A stretch of DNA of 64,000 nucleotides from Monocercomonoides exilis PA203 (lineage: Eukaryota; Protista; Preaxostyla). A program made the position numbers and the translations under genes. Under the pieces are notes generated by a model. It was not told the DNA's origin and did no database searches. It was given only the letters and a program-made list of their open reading frames with translations. The stretch's first letter is position 1. Every line of letters begins with the position of its first letter. This document shows positions 58,890 through 64,000 of the stretch, one piece after another. The DNA lies in contig LSRY02000044.1 in the NCBI GenBank assembly GCA_001643675.2, positions 744,001 to 808,000 on the forward strand, given 5' to 3'.

Positions 58890-60960
58890 TTCTTCTTCTT
58901 TATCTTCATTACTTCCATTGTTGAATGCTCCTTCAATTCAAAATTCTTCAGATGTTTATGCCATAGCACCTCTCTCATCATCTTCATCATCATCATCATT
59001 GCTAACATCTTCAATCCCATCCACTTCATCATCATCATCATCTTCTTCTTCTTTTATTCCTCCAACAAACAGAAAACGAGCCAATGAAGAGAAAAGCAGC
59101 ATATCTTCACTCAATTCATCTTCTGAAAGTACACTCACACCCTCAAAAACACCACATCAACTTTCTTCTTCTCTTACATCACCTTCACTTCCCTCTTCTT
59201 CATCAGCATCTCCTTCTTCTGCTTCTTCTGCTTCTTCTGCTTCTTCTGCTTCTTCTGCTTTGTCCTCTCGTTCGCATTCACCATCTTCTGCTTTTCTTCA
59301 GCAAACACAAGACAATTCACATACAATTTCATCTTCTCCTCTATCTTTATCATCATCATCATCATCATCATCTTCTTCTTCTTCTTCTTCCTCATCTATT
59401 TCTTCATCACAGCCATTTCCTCGTGTTCTTCCTCCTTCTGTATATCCTCCTTCTTCGTATTCTCATTCTTCCCAATTTTCTGATCAGACATATCCTTTCC
59501 CAGCTTCATATGCGTCTTATCTGCCTCCTCTTCCTCCGCATCCATCGCAATATCCAATCACATCTCATCCTCCTCTTCCACTTTCACTTCCTCTTCCTTT
59601 TCCTCCCTTCAATCCAAATGCCTTTCCTTATCCTCCTTCTTCTTCTCCTTATCCTCTTAATCCTCCTTTCTATTCCTATCCTCCTCTCCCTCCATTCGAT
59701 CCTCTTCAACCTTCCGTCCTTCCATCATCTTCTCTTCCTTCTCAGCCATCTCGTCCGCCTTCTTCTTTGAGGAGCGAGCGAAGAAGAAGGCGTCTGGAAA
59801 GAGAAAAGATGGAGAAAGAGACAGAAAGGCTGTTTGGAGTGAGGAGGAGGAGAGGAAAAGAGAGAGAGCTGATGAAGAATGCAGCTGGATGGACAGACGA
59901 TGAGATGGTGATGGCAGCGATTGAGTCAGCAACACAGGAGGAAGGCAGCTCTGAGGAAGATGAGGAGTTTGAGGAAGAGAATGAAGCAGAGAATGAGGAA
60001 GGAGACGAAGAGAGAGATGAAGAAGGAGGAGAAAAGGAAAGAGAAAACAGGAATTGGGAGACGAAGATGATGCTGAAAAGAAAGAAAGAAATGCGAAAGA
60101 GGGAAAGAGAGGAAGAAGAGGCAGCGATTGTGTCTGATGCCATTGAAGACTTTATGACAGAAGGCGAAGACGATTACGTTGCAATGAAGAATGAAGGAAG
60201 AGTGTTAGGAAGATCTTTGAGAGAGCAGAAAGGGGTATTCGTGGACGAGAGCAAAGCAAATGAAAACAGAAACAAAAGATTGAGAGAAATGCGTGTGAGG
60301 CAACTTTATGAAAGCTCTGTGGAAAAAGAGATGTTAATTGCACAGCTTCAGAGGAAGCTGGAATTACTTGCATCAAATGCATCTTCATCTTCATCTTCCT
60401 CTTCCTCTTCATCTTCAACAACAACAACAACAACAACAACATCATCATCATCATCTTCTTCTTCCTCTTCTTTATCTTCTGAACATCGTCTTCCACTTCC
60501 TCCATCTGCCTTTTCGTGCTGCCATTCACCGCATGTGAAGTATTCACACTGTTTGTGCATCAAACCGACGACGGTGCAGAAGCCGATGCTTGTCGACGCT
60601 AACAACCAAATCACCTGCAGCTGCTGCTGCGACGAAGAGAACGAGCTGCAAGAGGAAGGCAAAGAGGAAGGCAAAGAGGAAGGCAAAGAGGAAGGCAAAG
60701 AGGAAGGCAAAGAGGAAGGAAAAGAGAATGTTGCTATTAATTCAGAGAACAAACACTGTGATAATGAAAAACTCAGCAGAGACGACATAGCTTCGTGTCT
60801 GTTTGCTCTTGAGGATTCTGCTCTGCTTCAGCAGAACACACTTCAAACTTCTCTTCCGCCTTCTTTTTCGAGTTCTTTGCCTGAATACCAAAGTCGTTGC
60901 CAATTGAGAAAACTCAAAGGGGAATGTGTGCAAAGTGAGGGAAAAAAGAAAGAAGAGTGA
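57609..60960 (+). CDS. cysE: serine O-acetyltransferase with ~790-aa low-complexity C-terminal extension
   Basis: Spliced: [94 protein letters not shown]|DVEA, continuing in frame into ORF 58570-60960. Start codon not resolved. Confidence 0.92.
60652..60723 (+). repeat. 12-bp tandem repeat encoding (EEGK)x6
   Basis: gaggaaggcaaa repeated within the CysE tail. Confidence 0.9.
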
Positions 60961-61499
60961 TGTTATATTTTTTATCCTTTTATTTGTGAAAGTTATCTTA
61001 TTTCCTAAAGTCATCATATTTGCAATTAATATTGCAGTTTTGAAATAGATTTATTTCACCAATCATGCTCGACTTTTATTGACTGCATCACAGTTGTTAT
61101 TTATTTTTATTTATACACTAAAGCTCAATTCTTATCACAATCCATTTTACACGTTTTTTTTGTGATTATAACCGAACTTGATTTTTGCAGGAACTTCTTT
61201 TCCATATAAAATTTTTACAAAATTTATTTTTTACCGAAAAAAAAAAAAAAAAGAAAGAAAGAAAACAACAACAACAACAACAACGACAATAATAATAATA
61301 ATAATAATAATAAGAAATTGAAGAAGAATTAGAATTAAAAGAAGAAGAAGAAGATGAGGATGAGGATGAAGATTGCTGAGTCGATATGAAAGGTGATTTA
61401 AAAGTGAATGGTGAAGTTACAGCGGAAGAAGAAGATGGAGACTGTTGTAATGAAACAAAAGGAGATTGGAAAGAGAATGGAGAAGATGACGCTGAAGAT

Positions 61500-64000
61500 G
61501 ACGAAGTCACGTTAACTGAATCTTCAGTCTTCTTTTTTCAATTGCTTTTATAATCATATTCCGTGTTTTCCCTTTCTCCTTCCACCTCTTCTTCTTCAAT
61601 ACCATCTTCATTCTCCTCAACCAACACGCCAGTCTCCTTCGCAACCTCCGCAGACTCCTCTGCCTTCCCTGTCTTTCTGATTCTTCCGTCTTTCTCCATC
61701 GCGATGGCTATGCCAAAATAAGGCAGATATTTCGTGTGATGTGTGATGAACAAGATAGTCTTCTATTTTAAGCAGACGATTGATTGCAATTTGTTCACTA
61801 TCATCTGCTTAACATTGCTCATTTAACACTCGCCAAAATGCCATCCAACGCAAGCACCTCAGCCGATGAATAGACAGCCCTTGCCAGAGCTATCCTCATT
61901 CGCTGCCCACCAGACAGGTTGTATCCTCTTTCGCCCACTTCTGCTTCATCTCCGCCTGGAAGAATGGCCAAGTCTTGTTCCAGACAGCAGGCTTGAATGA
62001 CAAAAGAGTAGCTGATGAGGTCGAAGGGAGCGTGGAAGAGAATGATGGATTTGATGGTTTAGTTGAAAATGTGGGGAATCTGGGATTGAAATGATGGAGG
62101 AACGGATTTGTGATGTATATTAGAAGGAGAATAAAAAACTAAAATACAATCAGAAAAAGAAATGATAAATATAATGTTTAGAAGAGATAAAGAAATTAAA
62201 ATAATATAACAAATAAATAACAACTAATTTTCTTTTATTCTTTCTAACTTACACACCTGAAACACAAAAGCCACTTTTCACCTCAAATAACCTTCCCCTT
62301 CCAAACAGATAGTCTCTCCCAGAAACAACACAAACAGTGCTGACTTGTCACAGCCGACAGGGCCGAAGAGGAGAGCGTGTGAATGTATTGGGAGAGAGAG
62401 GGAAATGTTGTGTGGGATCATAAGAGGAGAAGGTAGAAGAGGAGGAGGAAGAGGGCAGACTAAGGACGGTTCACAGAGGCAACACAACAAGACGACGAAG
62501 GATTGAAAAGTGTGGAGAATAGAGGAATGACGAGAAGAAGAAGAAGAAGAAAATGAAAATGAAGTTTCAAATAAAACAGTTGATGATGATAGTGATTAAT
62601 CTTTTTCTTCTTTTTAGTCCTTTCTTCCTTTTCTTTATTTCCTTCCCTCAACTCCCTCCATTTCCTCCACTCTCATTCCAAACGGCCTAATAACTCTATT
62701 CTCAACTTCTTCTTCTTCCCTTCTCATCTGCAAGCAGACTCGGCTGACTGCAGAAACATCTCCAATGAGTTTGCGTCTGCCTTCTTCAATTTGAATTCTC
62801 TCCAGTTATTTTCTGAGCGATTCAAGGATTTTGGATGGAAAGAAACAAGAAAGACACATCCAAAGGCAAATGCTGAGAAGCGTGAGCCGACGAGCACGAT
62901 AAGGGTGAATGCCTTCATAAGTTACTGCAAGTTGCTGAGATTGAATTGGCGATTGATCTGCAAAGACAAATCCGTTTTTGAGTGAAGTTAAAAAGAATGA
63001 ATGAAAGAAATCAATATATTATAAAAGAATACAAAGAAAAAGAAGAAAATTTTACCAAAAATGCAATTCTAAAATGAGGAAAACCTTTTTATAAGAAAAC
63101 TCGTCTTCTTGCCTCTCTGATTGAAGAAATCTGCCTTTGAACATTTCTTCCCTGTCGTTTATTTTTTATTAACTGAAGTTTAAAGAACTTCTGTGCAACA
63201 CTAAAAGAGAAAGTAAAAAAGAGATAGAATGGAAAGAAAAAAATTAGAAATTATCATTGCAAAAAATGTTGCATTTATTTTTATTTTTGATGATCTCTTT
63301 CTTTCTTTCTTTTTCTTTTGTTAATTTTTCAAAAAAAAAACATTGCAAATGCAGCAATAAATTGGATAACACACTTTAATTAAATCAAACATTTCTATCG
63401 TTATCTATTCTGTCTTTTTGATTCGTTTCTTCTTCTTCCATGTGGCTTCAAGGTTTGTCTCGAAATCCACTCCGAAATCGGTGAATCTACAATAACCATC
63501 AAAACAACCCAAAATGATGCGTTTCAACTAAATACAACAAGCGTCTTAAATGAAAAATACACGTTTGGAGGAAATCACCATCAAACGATAAATGTGTTGA
63601 AATGAATTCAAAATCCTGCTTGTGTTTGGTTCCGCATATTGCATTAATCTTTCTTTGCCATCTCAAATTCTTTTTTCTTCACTCAACCTCATAGCCTTTT
63701 GGAATAGAATCTCTTTCAATGCTCGATTAACAATGTTGCTCATTGTTGCCTTGATAAATTCTCTTATGCGTTCGGTAATCATTCTCCCAAATATCAAAAA
63801 AAAGTGAATTGATGAAAGCTTGATTACTTCATCAATCCTCCTTCATCCTGAACAACCCATTCAAGAAGCGAACTATTTATAAAATCATCCTGATATCTCA
63901 AAACGTTTCTCAACACATTAAATTTGAAACATTCACGGAAACCAGCAAACACTCTGAAATAACAGAAAAAATCATTTCTAACAAGGAAAGCTTCCAGATA
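61500..64000 (-). pseudogene. ABCC/MRP-type ABC transporter pseudogene (TMD1-NBD1 part)
   Basis: Degenerate Walker A GPVGCDKS (~62340-62365); [51 protein letters not shown], then stop/frameshift; FITHHTKYLP H-loop; in-frame stops in upstream fragments. Confidence 0.85.

Overview
AT-rich eukaryotic DNA with short GT-AG introns and the standard genetic code (intact genes end in TAA/TGA). Gene style (poly-Ser/poly-Glu tracts, giant intronless beta-helix/TM/pseudokinase gene, bacterial-type CysE/CysK) suggests an oxymonad such as Monocercomonoides; this is inference. 1-7.8 kb is a transposon graveyard: two head-to-head pogo/DDE_1 elements with abutting TIRs, a tRNA-like remnant, two divergent ISXO2/IS1595 (Merlin-type) transposase pseudogenes and a MITE. 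Genes follow: Pierce/DUF4490-like protein, cysteine synthase, ArgRS, a coiled-coil gene, a PHD protein, a ~3400-aa receptor-like pseudokinase, an LRR protein, a MITE cluster at 41-43 kb, a RING/coiled-coil protein, a PAM2-motif protein, a double tetraspanin-like protein, a small LRR protein, a C2 protein, a serine acetyltransferase with a ~790-aa tail, and an ABCC pseudogene. The strongest novel signal is five (T)GGGTGAT-ended elements, one enclosing the ISXO2 transposase, flanked by 2-4 bp (A-NN-T) duplications rather than the 8-9 bp typical of Merlin/IS1595.
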